Source of the DNA: an uncultured Candidatus Rokubacteria bacterium
GTDB taxonomy: Bacteria > Methylomirabilota > Methylomirabilia > Rokubacteriales > CSP1-6
Assembly: GCA_963789955.1 (NCBI GenBank)
Contig: CAWBMV010000003.1
Coordinates: 64,001-128,000, forward strand
Reading direction: 5' to 3'
DNA length: 64,000 nucleotides
Shown piece by piece: positions 48,886 through 59,955 of the stretch. The notes beneath the pieces were generated by a model that searched no databases, had not been told where the DNA came from, and saw only the letters and a program-made list of their open reading frames with translations. The position numbers were made by a program, and so were the translations under genes. Each line of letters starts with the position of its first letter. Positions within the stretch are counted from its first letter, which is position 1.

Positions 48886-50225
48886 GCGGCGGCCTTGGCA
48901 AACGCGTAGACGCTCAGGACGTCCTCGACCATCGCATGGGTCGTCCTGGTGTACTCGGTCGTTGGGGACATCGTCGCGGCCAACGACGAATCGTCGACGA
49001 ATCGGCTCAGCACGCGCGTCAGATCGTCCACGCTGCCGAGGGCGAATCGGAATCCGCTCCGGCCCTCATCGACGAACTCGGTGAGTCCGGCGACATCGGA
49101 GACGACCACCGGCGTATGAGTAGCCAGCGCGCTGAGGAGGACGAGAGGGCTGTTTTCGGGCCAGCGCGACGGGATGATGACGACGTCGAGTCCGGCGAGG
49201 ATCTCCGCCATCTTCTCGCTTGGGAACGTGCCGAGAAAGCGGATCGCGTGACCGACCGCCGCACGCTTGAGCGTCGACGTGTAGGCCGGTGCTTGATCTT
49301 CGGGACCATAGATCTGCAGGCGGCTGCTCCCGCGCGGAAGTCGCGTGAATGCGTCGATCAGCAAGTCCGGTCCCTTGTGGGGAGCGAGTTGGCCGATGAA
49401 GCCGAACGAGACGGGCGTTCCCGGGTTACGTCGTGGTTTGGGCTCGCGCGAGATATCGACGCCAAATCGGATGTCGAACCAACGGAGGTCGAGGCCGTTC
49501 GCCACATACGCGTCGCGTAGGAAGCGCGTCGGGGCAATGACAGCGCGGTAGGTTTGGTAGGACGCGTGAAGGATGTCGGGGCGCATTCGCAGATCGTGGA
49601 CCAGCCGCCCCAGCCGAGTCGTCCGAGGTCCGGGAACACGCGCCACCATCGTCATGGCCAGAGCTGCGGCGGACACCCAGGCCGGCCTGGCTACCACTCG
49701 TCCCTTCCGATGAGGGTTGGCTTGGGCAGCGGCTTTGAGGTGGCAGGCGACGCAGTTCGCCCGAGTCCTGCTCGGGCCAGGGCACAGCGAGCCGTCGGCG
49801 GCCTCCAGCCGATTGTTGTAGCAGAATCCGAAGAAATCGGTCAGCGTTGCGACTGCCGGCACGCCCAGGTCGCGCACGACCTCGAGCAGGACGGCGGTGT
49901 GGTTGATCAGGTGGGTGACATGAACGATCTCGGGGCGAATGTCTTCCAGCACGCCCTTCAGGGTGTCCCGTAGCGCTTCCTGATAGTACGTCTCCTTGAC
50001 GCGGCGCTGCGGGATGTAGTTCTTATCGATGCAGTAGACGCGGAGACCGTCGTAACGGTACGTCGTCACCGCACTTTCGCGGCGTGGCTCTCCCGGGAAC
50101 GCCGCCGAGACCACGACGGGATCGTGCCCCATGCTCCGCAGTTGCCTTGCCACCTGCAGCGTATACGTCTCGGTGCCGTAGAAATGATTGGGAAAAAAGC
50201 AGTGAACGAACAGGGCGATCTTCAT
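48870..50225 (-). CDS. Glycosyltransferase family 4
   Basis: HCFFPNHFYGTE, FIGQLAPHKG, PSRWPENSPLV. Confidence 0.88.
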   Translation of the reverse strand: MKIALFVHCFFPNHFYGTETYTLQVARQLRSMGHDPVVVSAAFPGEPRRESAVTTYRYDGLRVYCIDKNYIPQRRVKETYYQEALRDTLKGVLEDIRPEIVHVTHLINHTAVLLEVVRDLGVPAVATLTDFFGFCYNNRLEAADGSLCPGPSRTRANCVACHLKAAAQANPHRKGRVVARPAWVSAAALAMTMVARVPGPRTTRLGRLVHDLRMRPDILHASYQTYRAVIAPTRFLRDAYVANGLDLRWFDIRFGVDISREPKPRRNPGTPVSFGFIGQLAPHKGPDLLIDAFTRLPRGSSRLQIYGPEDQAPAYTSTLKRAAVGHAIRFLGTFPSEKMAEILAGLDVVIIPSRWPENSPLVLLSALATHTPVVVSDVAGLTEFVDEGRSGFRFALGSVDDLTRVLSRFVDDSSLAATMSPTTEYTRTTHAMVEDVLSVYAFAKAAACGSF

Positions 50226-50304
50226 CTGGGGCGGGAGCGAACCGCTGCGTGCACGATGACGGCACCGGAGTCGTAGGGCTCGACCGGGGTGTTGACGTGC
50301 CCGA

Positions 50305-52164
50305 TCACGACGCAGCCGGATCGTTCGGCCGCCGTGAAACGGGACGCAGGCGCGCCTTGAGACGATTCGGCAGGGCCATCGCCGCGAGCCGATAGGCGAC
50401 CCTGCGCAACGAAAGCGGCTCGTCGAGAAGGGCGTGAAGCAGTCTGAATGTTCTCGAATTGCGGATAGCGGCGAGCTCTTCAGTGCGGACGAGTAGCTGT
50501 TGGCTGAGTGCCGCGAGCTCCTGGCCGCGCGTGTAGTTTTCGGCGCCGAGCGTTTGAAGCGTTCGCTCAGTCTCGGATGTTTCTCGGGCGAAATCGACTG
50601 ACGTATCGAACTGGCACAGACTGCTAACGGGCGGGATAGGCTCGTGCGAGCAGACTGCGACGAATGCGAGCGGCGGGGCGGGGACAGGCGCGTCTGTGAC
50701 CGAGGAGAGCACGAGCTGCTTGCGTGGCGGTATCGGCTCGTCACCGATCAGCACGCTTGGGTATACCCACTGCCGAAGCATCAGGACGTGACCGAAGAAG
50801 GGTCGTAGGAGCTCGAGAAACTCATCCTCGTTCATCTCGCGCAGATGATACGGATTCTCCCCGTAGTGGGGCGTCACGCGCGGGTTGGGGGTCGAGATGA
50901 CGAGCTTGCCGTCGCGTGTGAGGAGGCTCGCGATGCTTCGAATGGCGGCGACCTGGGTGTCGTGATCCACGTGTTCGATCATCTCGAAGCACGTCACCAG
51001 ATCGAACGATTGGGCAGACAGCCCGCGGCCGAGGTCCGAGCGCTGCTCGAAATGCAAGCGCGGGTGTCGATGCGCGTCGCGAGCCCACTGGATGGCCGCC
51101 GGATCGATGTCCAGCCCAGTCACGGATTCGGCGACGCCCGCGAGTGCGGCGGCGCCATACCCGGTGCCGCAACCGAAGTCGAGCACATGCGCGCCAACGG
51201 CGAATCCCTTTGCGAACGCGTAACGAGGGAGATGCTCGTACTCGGTGAGCTTTGACCACGTTCCAGGCACGTAACGCTCGTGCATGAACTCCATGAAGTT
51301 ACTGCCGCGCGCTTCGCAGAGGATTCCGGCGAACTGGCTGAGCCCGTCGTTCAGTGGGGAGTGTTCGTCGTCGAAACGCGCGAGTCGAGCGGACGGCAGA
51401 AGATGCGCGCCTGAGGCGCTCACGTCGGTAAACCCCAGGCGACGCAAGAGGATCTGCAGTGATTCGGCCGAGTAGTAGATCAGGTGAGAGGGTGGATGAC
51501 GGTACGTCCATCTCGCCGGGTCGGCCACCGCTTCCGCGCTTCGTGCGTTGGGAGTCGATAGGACGACGAGCGTGTCGGGGCCGATTGCTCCCTTGCTGAA
51601 CAGCCTGAAGAAGACCTCGTACGGATTCTTGAGGTGCTCGATGATATCGAGCATCAGAACGAGGGTGAATCGATGCGGAATGAGGTCCTCGGCCTTGTCC
51701 AGGAGCGCGATTCGCTCGCCATGGCGCTCGCGCGCGATGCGCCGCGCGTGTGCCGAGGGCTCGATGCCGAAGCATCTCCAACCCCGGTCCGCCGCTAGCC
51801 GGAGGTGCGTGCCATACCCACAGCCGACATCGAGCACCGACAGCCCCGGGCCCCGCTGCGCGAATCGATCAAGAATGTTTGTGACCAGAGGGATCGAGGG
51901 CTCTGTTTGTGCGTCGTAGCTTTGATAGCCACCTCTCTCCCCGCCCTCGAACCACGCCTCGCGATCGTAAAGTTCCTTCAAAGTGTCGTCGGCCGGCATC
52001 GGCCAAACGAAGTCGGTGGCGGATGCTGGGCAGCGCCAGATGCGGAAACCATCGACCTCACACAAGGGTTGCACATCGCCCGAATTCGAGACCGGACATG
52101 CGGGGAGGGGCGCGGCATCCCCAGCCGTTGCCGGTGGCCTGGGGGCGCCGTCTTCAGGGCACAA
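50305..52164 (-). CDS. Double class I SAM methyltransferase with C-terminal coiled coil
   Basis: VLDVGCGYG and VLDFGCGTGYG domains, IEHL/IEHV, STPN twice; coiled tail ending in NSRTFRL. Confidence 0.82.
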   Translation of the reverse strand: MCPEDGAPRPPATAGDAAPLPACPVSNSGDVQPLCEVDGFRIWRCPASATDFVWPMPADDTLKELYDREAWFEGGERGGYQSYDAQTEPSIPLVTNILDRFAQRGPGLSVLDVGCGYGTHLRLAADRGWRCFGIEPSAHARRIARERHGERIALLDKAEDLIPHRFTLVLMLDIIEHLKNPYEVFFRLFSKGAIGPDTLVVLSTPNARSAEAVADPARWTYRHPPSHLIYYSAESLQILLRRLGFTDVSASGAHLLPSARLARFDDEHSPLNDGLSQFAGILCEARGSNFMEFMHERYVPGTWSKLTEYEHLPRYAFAKGFAVGAHVLDFGCGTGYGAAALAGVAESVTGLDIDPAAIQWARDAHRHPRLHFEQRSDLGRGLSAQSFDLVTCFEMIEHVDHDTQVAAIRSIASLLTRDGKLVISTPNPRVTPHYGENPYHLREMNEDEFLELLRPFFGHVLMLRQWVYPSVLIGDEPIPPRKQLVLSSVTDAPVPAPPLAFVAVCSHEPIPPVSSLCQFDTSVDFARETSETERTLQTLGAENYTRGQELAALSQQLLVRTEELAAIRNSRTFRLLHALLDEPLSLRRVAYRLAAMALPNRLKARLRPVSRRPNDPAAS

Positions 52165-52886
52165 GGCGATGTTCGGGGCGCGGAACTGTATCGGTCGCCT
52201 TCCGGACGATGCAGTGCCGAATTGATGGTCTCATCTGGGTCGGGGATCTTGCGGTCCAGCCAAAGCGCGAGTCGGTTGACGAGCCGATAGATCCAGCCGC
52301 GGCCACGCCCTTGCTCGGCGAGATGGCTGTTCAGAATCTGGCCCATCAACGCGTAAACACCGCCGCACGGCGAGATGATCTCCACCGTGAGTCCGCACCG
52401 GGACGCCAACTCCGACAAGCCATAACGCGTGAATCGCCAGTAGTCGTACGGCGCTTCGTGAATCCGCCACTGCATGGGGGCCGTCATGATCAGGACTCCC
52501 CCAGGTCGCAACAGTCGCTCACACTCCCGCAAATAGAACTGAAAGTCGAAGACGTGCTCGAGCGTCTGCGTCGCGAGGATCGTGTCCACGCTTGCATCCT
52601 CGAGAGGAACGGGCTCGCCCGGGGCGATCTCGATGTCGAGTTTCGTATCTTTGGCGGCGGCGACGTCGGCGCCAATGTAGCGACTGATGTGCGGGCTGAA
52701 CAGCTCTCGATAGGGTTGGGCGCCGCAGCCAAAGTCCAGCATGACCCCGTGTGCCTGGGGAAGAGCAACGTCCCGAAGCCAACGATGGAAAATGCTGAGG
52801 ACGATGTAGTGATGGCTCGTCGGATCGACGTGGATCGATTTGATCCGAGAGACCCCCCGCAAGGCGACTCTGATGTCGCTGGACAC
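52157..52886 (-). CDS. Class I SAM methyltransferase (fused to wzt in the ORF track by a probable indel)
   Basis: MLDFGCGAQPY, QTLEHV, LLRPGG, HEAPYDYWRFTRYGL; GTG start just after the wzt stop. Confidence 0.75.
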
Positions 52887-52890
52887 CTGA

Positions 52891-54110
52891 CTAGCCGGCG
52901 CGCGGATGCGTGGGGATCCATGTGCACGGATGGAGGATCTTCCCCAGACAGGAAAATCTGACCGGACCGAGAAGGGCAGCATCACATCGGACAACGCGTA
53001 ACAGATGGCGAGATCGTCCGAGTACGCCGCGAACGCGGCCACATAGTCTCCGGGGGCAAGGCAACCCGGATCGAGGATCACGCACCCACGTTGAACGCCG
53101 TCGACCTGAGGCGGCGGCCAGAACACATTTGCCTCGCGGCTCGTCTGGCCAACGATCCAGTCCCCATCGGAGCGATAAATGCTCACGGCGAAGACGGTCC
53201 GCTCGATTGCGGTCGACGTCTGGAGTGCGAAGCGGAACTCGATAGGCTCACCGACGCGGTACACTGGCTTCGCGTCTGGAGACCAGCCGTGCAACCTGAC
53301 ATCGATGAACTTTGCCATCCCCGTTTCGTGCTGCGGAATGACCGCGGCCCTGGCGCCAGCACCGCTCGGCATACCGATCATGGCCACATAGTACTCCTGG
53401 CACACCGTCGTGGGATCGCCAACGCTAAGGATTTCGCCCTTGTCGAGCCACGCGACGCGATCGCAGATCATCTGCAGTGTGCTCAGGTCGTGCGATACGA
53501 ACAGCAGCGTCGTGCCCTTCTGGCGTAGCTCTCGGAGCTTGAGCATGCATTTGTTCCGAAAGGCGATGTCGCCGACACTCAGCGCTTCGTCGAGTACCAG
53601 GATGCGCGGTTCGACGTGAACCGCGACCGCGAATGCCAGTCGGACGAACATGCCGCTCGAGTAGACCTTGACGGGTTGCTCGAGGAAGTCGCCAATGTCA
53701 GCGAACGCCGCGATCTCGTCGTATCGGTCGGCGATCTCGCGTCGGCTCACGCCGAGAATGGACGCGTTGATGTGCACGTTCTCTCGGCCAGTAAACTCAG
53801 GATTAAAGCCAGCGCCGAGCTCGAGAAGCCCCGCCACTCGCCCATCGACCTGGATAGTTCCGAGCGTCGGAGCGAGGGTTCCGCAGACGATCTGCAGCAA
53901 GGTGGATTTCCCCGATCCGTTCCGGCCGACGATTCCCAGCGTCTCGCCCTCGCCGACAGTGAGGGACACATCGCGTAGTGCCCAGAACTCGCGAAAGAAG
54001 GACCTTCTGCCACGCCACAACGACTGCTTGAGTCTGTCGATCGGACGATCATAGATGTGGTAGCACTTGCCGACCTTGTCGACCCGAATGACGGGATTGT
54101 CAGAGGACAT
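52891..54110 (-). CDS. wzt: Polysaccharide ABC transporter ATP-binding protein with C-terminal carbohydrate-binding domain
   Basis: GRNGSGKST, YSSGMFVRLAF, LDEALSVGD, VSHD, Wzt_C domain; indel near 52940. Confidence 0.9.
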
Positions 54111-54903
54111 CGGCGAAGCCTCGACGCGTTCTCTGAAACCATACGAAGCCGAGCCACGCGATGGCGATGCTGCACAGTGTATAGACGAGGAGTCCCGGCC
54201 AGTCCGGAAGCTTTCCCCAGATCAACACGTCACGCGTCTGCTCGATCACGAACGTCAGGGGATTCAGATACACCAGCGGCCGGTAGACCGGAGGGAGCGC
54301 CGAAACCGGGTAGAACACCGGCGACAGGAACATGAGGACACTCACGGCGATGCCGACCGTGTGGCCCAGGTCGCGTACGAAGACTGACGTCGAGGCGAGG
54401 AACCAGGAAAGGCCCATGGTCAGCATGATCAGTGGAAAAAATACCAAGGGCAAGAGTGTCACGGTCCAGTGAAGGGGCAGTTGAACTACCACACCGAAAA
54501 CAAAAAGTACCGCGAAGCTCACCAGAGCGTGAAAGAGAGCGGAGCCCATCGTCACCCAGGGAAGAATCTCCAGGGGGAAAATCACCCTCTTCACGAAGTT
54601 CACGTTGCCAAGAATCAGGAGCGGTGCGCGGATGACGCACTCGGCGAAGAGTCCGTGCACGATCAGCCCTGCGAACAGAAAGATCGCAAATTCGGCGCTC
54701 GTCCCGGTGCGTTGCTCCCAGCGCGCCCTGAACACGGTACCGAACACGAAGGTGTAGACCAAGAGCATCAAGAGAGGGTTGAAGAACGACCACAGTAGAC
54801 CCAGGGCGGACCCCCGGTAACGACCGATCACTTCGCGCTTGGCCAGTTGCCACACCAGCTCGCGATGGCGCCAGGCGCTGGAGACGATCGTCGGTAGTGG
54901 CAT
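54100..54903 (-). CDS. wzm: Polysaccharide ABC transporter permease
   Basis: REVIGRYRGSALGLLWSF, NFVKRVIFPLE, SPVFYP, LNPL, GFADVL. Confidence 0.93.
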   Translation of the reverse strand: MPLPTIVSSAWRHRELVWQLAKREVIGRYRGSALGLLWSFFNPLLMLLVYTFVFGTVFRARWEQRTGTSAEFAIFLFAGLIVHGLFAECVIRAPLLILGNVNFVKRVIFPLEILPWVTMGSALFHALVSFAVLFVFGVVVQLPLHWTVTLLPLVFFPLIMLTMGLSWFLASTSVFVRDLGHTVGIAVSVLMFLSPVFYPVSALPPVYRPLVYLNPLTFVIEQTRDVLIWGKLPDWPGLLVYTLCSIAIAWLGFVWFQRTRRGFADVL

Positions 54904-55335
54904 GGCGCCAGCTCGCCCGGATCAGGCGCCGGATCCAATGGGCCGCCCGGTACCCGTCGCGTGGCCGGAGGTGAGAATGACGTGCCGCCGCGGCGCTGCG
55001 TTTTTCTTCACGAATTCCATAGTATTTTACTTCGGGATAACGCCGGCGTGCCAGACTGCAAAGCACCTCCACCTAAGGCACCCGCTTCCGACGTTCTCTG
55101 CCTTGGCTCTTGGCCGTGCTCTGACTCGTCTATATCGCGTCGGCGATCTGGCAGCACGTACAGATGAGCGAGCAGCTCGACTCGCTTTCTCTGCCAGTGC
55201 CGGCGAATGCCTTGCCCAAGAGAATCGCATTCGGAATCTATCGATCGGAATCGGGCCGAGCGGACACGCTGGCGGCCGACGGCGGCAAGCGAGACTGGGA
55301 CAATCGACGGGTGATCGTACCGGTCGGCGACTGAC

Positions 55336-57036
55336 CTAGGTCGCCAGGCGGCCGATCAAAGCCAGATATTGCTCGGCGTAGCCGCGCGAATCGTGATCGC
55401 GCGTGATTTTCTCCCGCGCAGCTTGCGCCATCGAGCCGTGCTCCTTGTCCGAGAGGCCGAGGAGCTTGTGCAATCCCTCCACGGCGCTGCGAAGCGAATT
55501 CGGCTCGATCAGAAGGCCGCTCGCTCCATCGTCGACGAGCTCAGGAATCCCGAACACGCGCGACGCCAATACCGGCAGGCCGAACGCCATGGCCTCGAGC
55601 ATGGAGCGTGGCATCGACTCGAGCGCGGACAGCAGCACGAAGCCATCGGCCAGGGCGTACCAGGGGTACGGGTCCGGCGCCACCGGGACAACACGAATCG
55701 CTCGGCCGAGCCCCTTCGCTGCGAGGTACTGATGAAGCGCCGTGGAATAGCTTGAGGGATAGTCGCCGACCAGCAGCAATTCGGCGTCGCGGTGATCCGT
55801 CACGATCTCGGCAAAGGCTTGGGCGAGGAAGATCTGCTGCTTGCGTCGCTCGACCGTTCCCATGCACAGGAGCGCCCGTGATCTCGGCGAGATCTCGAGG
55901 CTGGCGCGAGCCTCGCCTCGATCAAACGTCTGCAAGAAGCGATCGATCGTCGAGACATCGATGCCGTAGGGAATCTTCAGAAATCTGTCCTCGCGTCCGT
56001 ACGCGAGAAACATCTGACGTGTGGCCTCGGCTTCGAAAATGACGGCTGAACAGCGGCTCAGCGCCGTCTTGATGCGCGCGAGAAGAAATTCGCTCCCCGG
56101 CCGTTCTTGAGTGTAGAAGCCCGACCACGTGGACAGCGGAAAGCTCTCGTGGATGGCCCAGAGGCTCGGCAGCCGGACGTCGTGGGCGGCGTTGACCGCA
56201 TAGAAGCCGGACAGCGTGTTCGCCAGGACACAATCGAACTGCTGCCGCTGTAACCAGGTACCGAGTGCCTGCGTCGCCTGGTCATGGCGATCGACATGCG
56301 TCCTCGAAGGCTCCGGGACGATCTCAACGGTGAACCCGAGCGATGTCAGCTCGTGATGCAGGGGGCCATCGGACGGGGAGCAAACGACGCAGTCAACCTT
56401 CGCTCGCGCCGCGAACTGGCGGAGTAGCTCCTGCAGATAGAGCTGCCCGCCTCCGTAGCCGAGATCATGGGCAAAGCACGCGATTCTGATCTTCCTCTCG
56501 GCGCGACGAGTCGCGGGTGGAGGCGCGCTGCGGGGTGAGGAGGCACTCGAGTCGATATTCGTGTCGGCTCTCAATGGCAATGGGCGTGCGGGAAATGCGT
56601 GGACTTCTCCGGACATGAGATGAACGGTAAAGCCGACGTCCATCGTGTCGGCGGCCGGGAGCTGTCTGGGATCTATATTGATATGAAATCCGCAAATCCG
56701 AGCCTCTGGGAGGTCGGCCTCGATATCCGCACGCGGCATGCACAGTGCCGCGTACCCGATCGCTCTTCCGTCGATGAAGATCTCGACCCGATCGATCCGG
56801 CCAGAGCGACTCAACGCCCAGCCGGAAATGCCGCCGGTGGCGCGGCTGATGGCATCGAGGGGCAAATCGATGGTGCCCACCACCTCGCCGCCGGCGGCGA
56901 AAGCGTCGGTGCGCCGGACAATTCGCGCCCAGCGTCGAATGGAGAACAAACGCCGGAGAAATACCGCCCAGCCTTCGTGGCGAATCATGCTGACGGCGCG
57001 CGAAGCCAACGATTTCAAGCTGGACACCGTTCGCAT
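55336..57036 (-). CDS. GT4 glycosyltransferase with N-terminal Ig-like domain
   Basis: SGWALS..IDRVEIFIDG; HDLGYGGGQ, WAIHES, ESMPRSMLEAMAFGLPV. Confidence 0.85.
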   Translation of the reverse strand: MRTVSSLKSLASRAVSMIRHEGWAVFLRRLFSIRRWARIVRRTDAFAAGGEVVGTIDLPLDAISRATGGISGWALSRSGRIDRVEIFIDGRAIGYAALCMPRADIEADLPEARICGFHINIDPRQLPAADTMDVGFTVHLMSGEVHAFPARPLPLRADTNIDSSASSPRSAPPPATRRAERKIRIACFAHDLGYGGGQLYLQELLRQFAARAKVDCVVCSPSDGPLHHELTSLGFTVEIVPEPSRTHVDRHDQATQALGTWLQRQQFDCVLANTLSGFYAVNAAHDVRLPSLWAIHESFPLSTWSGFYTQERPGSEFLLARIKTALSRCSAVIFEAEATRQMFLAYGREDRFLKIPYGIDVSTIDRFLQTFDRGEARASLEISPRSRALLCMGTVERRKQQIFLAQAFAEIVTDHRDAELLLVGDYPSSYSTALHQYLAAKGLGRAIRVVPVAPDPYPWYALADGFVLLSALESMPRSMLEAMAFGLPVLASRVFGIPELVDDGASGLLIEPNSLRSAVEGLHKLLGLSDKEHGSMAQAAREKITRDHDSRGYAEQYLALIGRLAT

Positions 57037-57100
57037 CCGGTGCTGATGGTAACCTAACGATGACTTTTGCCGAATGGCGACGGCAGCGCCCAGCGCCGTA

Positions 57101-57946
57101 ATGTTTTCGACGCGAACCAAGATCTCTCTCGCGCGCGCGATGTCTGCGCTGGTTCTTCTAACTCGTCGCCTCTTCGGACGCGGAGCCCAGGCCGACGTCG
57201 CACGGCGCGGGATCCACTGGATGCTCGACCTGCGCGAGGGGATCGATTTCGCCATCTGGGTCTTCGGCAAGTTCGAGGGGTCCACGGCGCGAGCGTACGA
57301 GAAGCTGGTCCAGCCGGGACATTCGGTCGTGGACATCGGTGCCAATATGGGTGCCCACGCACTCCCGCTCGCCCGCCTGGTCGGTCCCAACGGGCGTGTC
57401 ATCTGCTTCGAGCCAACGGATTTCGCGTTTCGAAAACTCGCCGCCAACGTTCGACTCAACCCCGATCTCGCCGCGCGCATGACCCTCGTGCAGGCGATGC
57501 TCCTCGGCGCCGCGAACGGCGCTGTCCCCGAGACGCTATTCTCGGGCCGATGACGACCCGAGGGGCGCGTGCGACGACCCTCGACGCGGCGCTCGCAGAG
57601 GCGGGAGGGGATCGTGTGGATTTCGTGAAAATGGGACGTGGATGGGTACGAGTGCGGTGTGCTGCGGGGCGCCGAGAGGATGCTGCGGCAGCGTCCGCCG
57701 ATTCTCATGGAGCTGGCGCCGTACGTCCTCGACGAGACGGGCGCGAGCATCGAAGAGTTGGTCGGGATACTCGGCAACGCGGGCTACACGCTCGCGAAGC
57801 TAGGATCGGGCCGGCGCATCCGGCTCGACGGAAAGGCGATCCGTGGGCTCGTGCCGATCGGTTCCTCGATCAACGTCCTGGCAAGATTCAGCGGCCCCCC
57901 TTCTCCAGCACGAGGAAGCAACGCGTGTGTTCTTGCCCCCGGCTGA
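57101..57946 (+). CDS. FkbM family methyltransferase (frameshifted or internally deleted)
   Basis: VVDIGANMGAH, ICFEP, TTLDAA..RVDFVKM-DVDGYE split across frames. Confidence 0.75.
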
Positions 57947-58126
57947 CGAGCAGGGCCGCGCGATGACCTGCCAGGTGCCCGACTCGTCGGTGATCTGGTC
58001 CCCGACCTGGAGCTGCATCGGCAGGACACGAACGGTGCCCGGTGGTTCGCGCGGGGGCATCCCAGGCAACGGAGGTTGGACCGGCTTGGCCTTCTGGCGC
58101 TTCCTCTTGGGAGGCGATTTGGCCAT
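57915..58126 (-). pseudogene. Small hypothetical gene fragment
   Basis: MAKSPPKRK...RVLPMQLQVGDQITDESGTWQVIARP..AGGKN; runs into the 3' end of the FkbM gene. Confidence 0.4.
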
Positions 58127-58339
58127 ACAGCCAGTGTCGCGCGAGACGAGAAGTCCAAAGTGATTCTTTGGCCGGGACCGTTCGTGTGGAACCCTAATAG
58201 GTACCGAATCCCCTGGGGGTTGGCGGATCAGCTGTTAAGCAATCTCTCCTGTTGCTGATAGTGCTCGGTATCACCGCACGGTCTCACGAGTGGGAACGCC
58301 GCAAGGGCGAGACTCGAGAGTCCGAGGGTCACGGCTGCC

Positions 58340-58575
58340 CAAGTCATCGAGGACTTCCTCTCGCGACGCCGAGCCACGTTCGGAGCTGGCCATTTCTATC
58401 TGACTGTTGACTGCGCGGGCGAGGACCCGAATTCGTTCCGGCGTGACTGCCCCGCGAAATTTTGCCAGCAGGGCGCCCTCGAGCCTCTCGCGTCGGTACC
58501 CCGTGCGGTGCGAACAGGCGCCGGGGCCTTGGCGCGAGCGAAACCGCACCGGTACCAACCATAGCGGTAGACCCA
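58340..58575 (-). pseudogene. Fragment of large serine recombinase (zinc-ribbon/coiled-coil region)
   Basis: YRYGWYRCGFARAK-GPGACSHRTGYRRERLEGALLAKF across a frameshift. Confidence 0.55.
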
Positions 58576-58623
58576 GCGCCTTGACAGAACTCGGTCTCAG
58601 ACAGCGGCTTGACGCCGTGTAAA

Positions 58624-59637
58624 ATGTCACTCCCGAAGATGAGCCTCGCTAGCTGGTTTCGCACCCTAAAGACGATTGCTGCACAGGAACTTGCATCATC
58701 GGGCTCCGATCTGCGCGGCATCCTCGGTATCATCGCGCGTCTTACCCGCCTCGAGACAAGCATCACGAAGTTACAAAAATACGGCACGCCCTACGCTAGC
58801 ACTGGGCCAGTTCTGCTGCCGGTCGGCATTCCAGCTGACTTCATCGACGAGAACTATGTCTCGACTCATGACTGGTGGCGCGAAGCACATCACGACTGGT
58901 GGCGCGGGCAGGACCTCGACTTCAGCGCCCTGATGCGGCGTGACCCAGCGCCGCTGCCGGAATGTTCAAACCGCGAGGATTACTTCGGTGACAACCATCT
59001 CGCATACTGGCTCAGCGGGTATCGAGATTATCGGAAAACGCTCGCCGCGCTCCCCGATGGTCTTGTCGGCGGCAGATATTTCGACTTCGGCGGATCGACC
59101 GGGCGTGTGTTCCGGCACTTCGCGTTTCAAAGCGACGCGTGGGATGTCTGGTCGTCCGACTTCAAGATCAACTCCGTTGAGTGGAACCTTAGGCATTTCC
59201 CGACGACGATCAAAACTCTACTCAACACCAGCAGCCCGTCGCTACCGCTGCCCGACGGCTATTTCAATCTAGTGACCGCGTTCTCGGTATTCACCCACAT
59301 CAACGAGCCCGAGATCGCTTGGCTGCTCGAACTCCGGCGCATCTTGAAGGTCGGCGGCATCGCCTGCATTTCTATCCACGATGAGGCGACTTGGCAAAAT
59401 CGGGCGCCGCAACTCCAGGATGTCATGTTAAGGTTCCGCCCAGAGATCGCCAATCTCCCCGCGTTCCCAGAACAGAAGACGGTGGTGACCTTCCGGGAAG
59501 ACGATCCCTACAACTGTCATGTCTTTCACTCCCGAGAGCACATCGAGCGGGTATGGGGACGATTTTTTGAGATCTGTGCTGTGAAATCGCTTTATCTAGA
59601 CGCGCAGGCGCTGGTTGTCTGCCGACGTCCAAGCTAA
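58624..59637 (+). CDS. Class I SAM-dependent methyltransferase
   Basis: YFDFGGSTGRVFRH, FSVFTHI, WLLELRRILKVGG. Confidence 0.85.
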   Translation: MSLPKMSLASWFRTLKTIAAQELASSGSDLRGILGIIARLTRLETSITKLQKYGTPYASTGPVLLPVGIPADFIDENYVSTHDWWREAHHDWWRGQDLDFSALMRRDPAPLPECSNREDYFGDNHLAYWLSGYRDYRKTLAALPDGLVGGRYFDFGGSTGRVFRHFAFQSDAWDVWSSDFKINSVEWNLRHFPTTIKTLLNTSSPSLPLPDGYFNLVTAFSVFTHINEPEIAWLLELRRILKVGGIACISIHDEATWQNRAPQLQDVMLRFRPEIANLPAFPEQKTVVTFREDDPYNCHVFHSREHIERVWGRFFEICAVKSLYLDAQALVVCRRPS

Positions 59638-59715
59638 AGTGGGATCATCCCACACTGTTCCAGCTGAAAGTGTTTTCGATCGTGAATCACGGAGCAGCAC
59701 GACGGTGCCAAGTGC

Positions 59716-59790
59716 GTGTTCCCGAGCCCGAACGGGAAGCCCTACAACCGGGCCCACATCAGCTGGGTCTGGCGCAAGGCGGCGAAGGCT
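59716..59790 (+). pseudogene. Fragment of tyrosine recombinase/integrase
   Basis: VFPSPNGKPYNRAHISWVWRKAAK, resembling the segment preceding the HxxR box. Confidence 0.5.
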
Positions 59791-59955
59791 CTCTTGCGTC
59801 GCGAGGGTCAGAAGTATCTGACCGCCGAAGCCACTTGAGAGCACGCGCGAGATTCGATTGAAGATTCGATTCGACGCGTACTGACCGTCTTCCGGCCGGG
59901 CTTCGCCAGTGTGCAGAGCCATCCGGACACCGAGCGGGCCGGTCGCACCCCACTC
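59791..59955 (-). pseudogene. Fragment of class III adenylate/guanylate cyclase
   Basis: PLGVRMALHTGEA...Y...NRISRVLSSGFGGQILLT. Confidence 0.65.

Noticed and set aside
51978..54110. Apparent 710-aa Wzt-methyltransferase fusion
   Set aside because: A plausible Wzt end and stop (…HPCTWIPTHPRAG*, 52891) exists in another frame with a GTG start right after it, so one indel explains the fusion
54904..55335. 430-bp gap upstream of wzm as a possible ncRNA or JUMPstart/ops element
   Set aside because: No ops consensus, convincing stem set or credible ORF could be identified by eye
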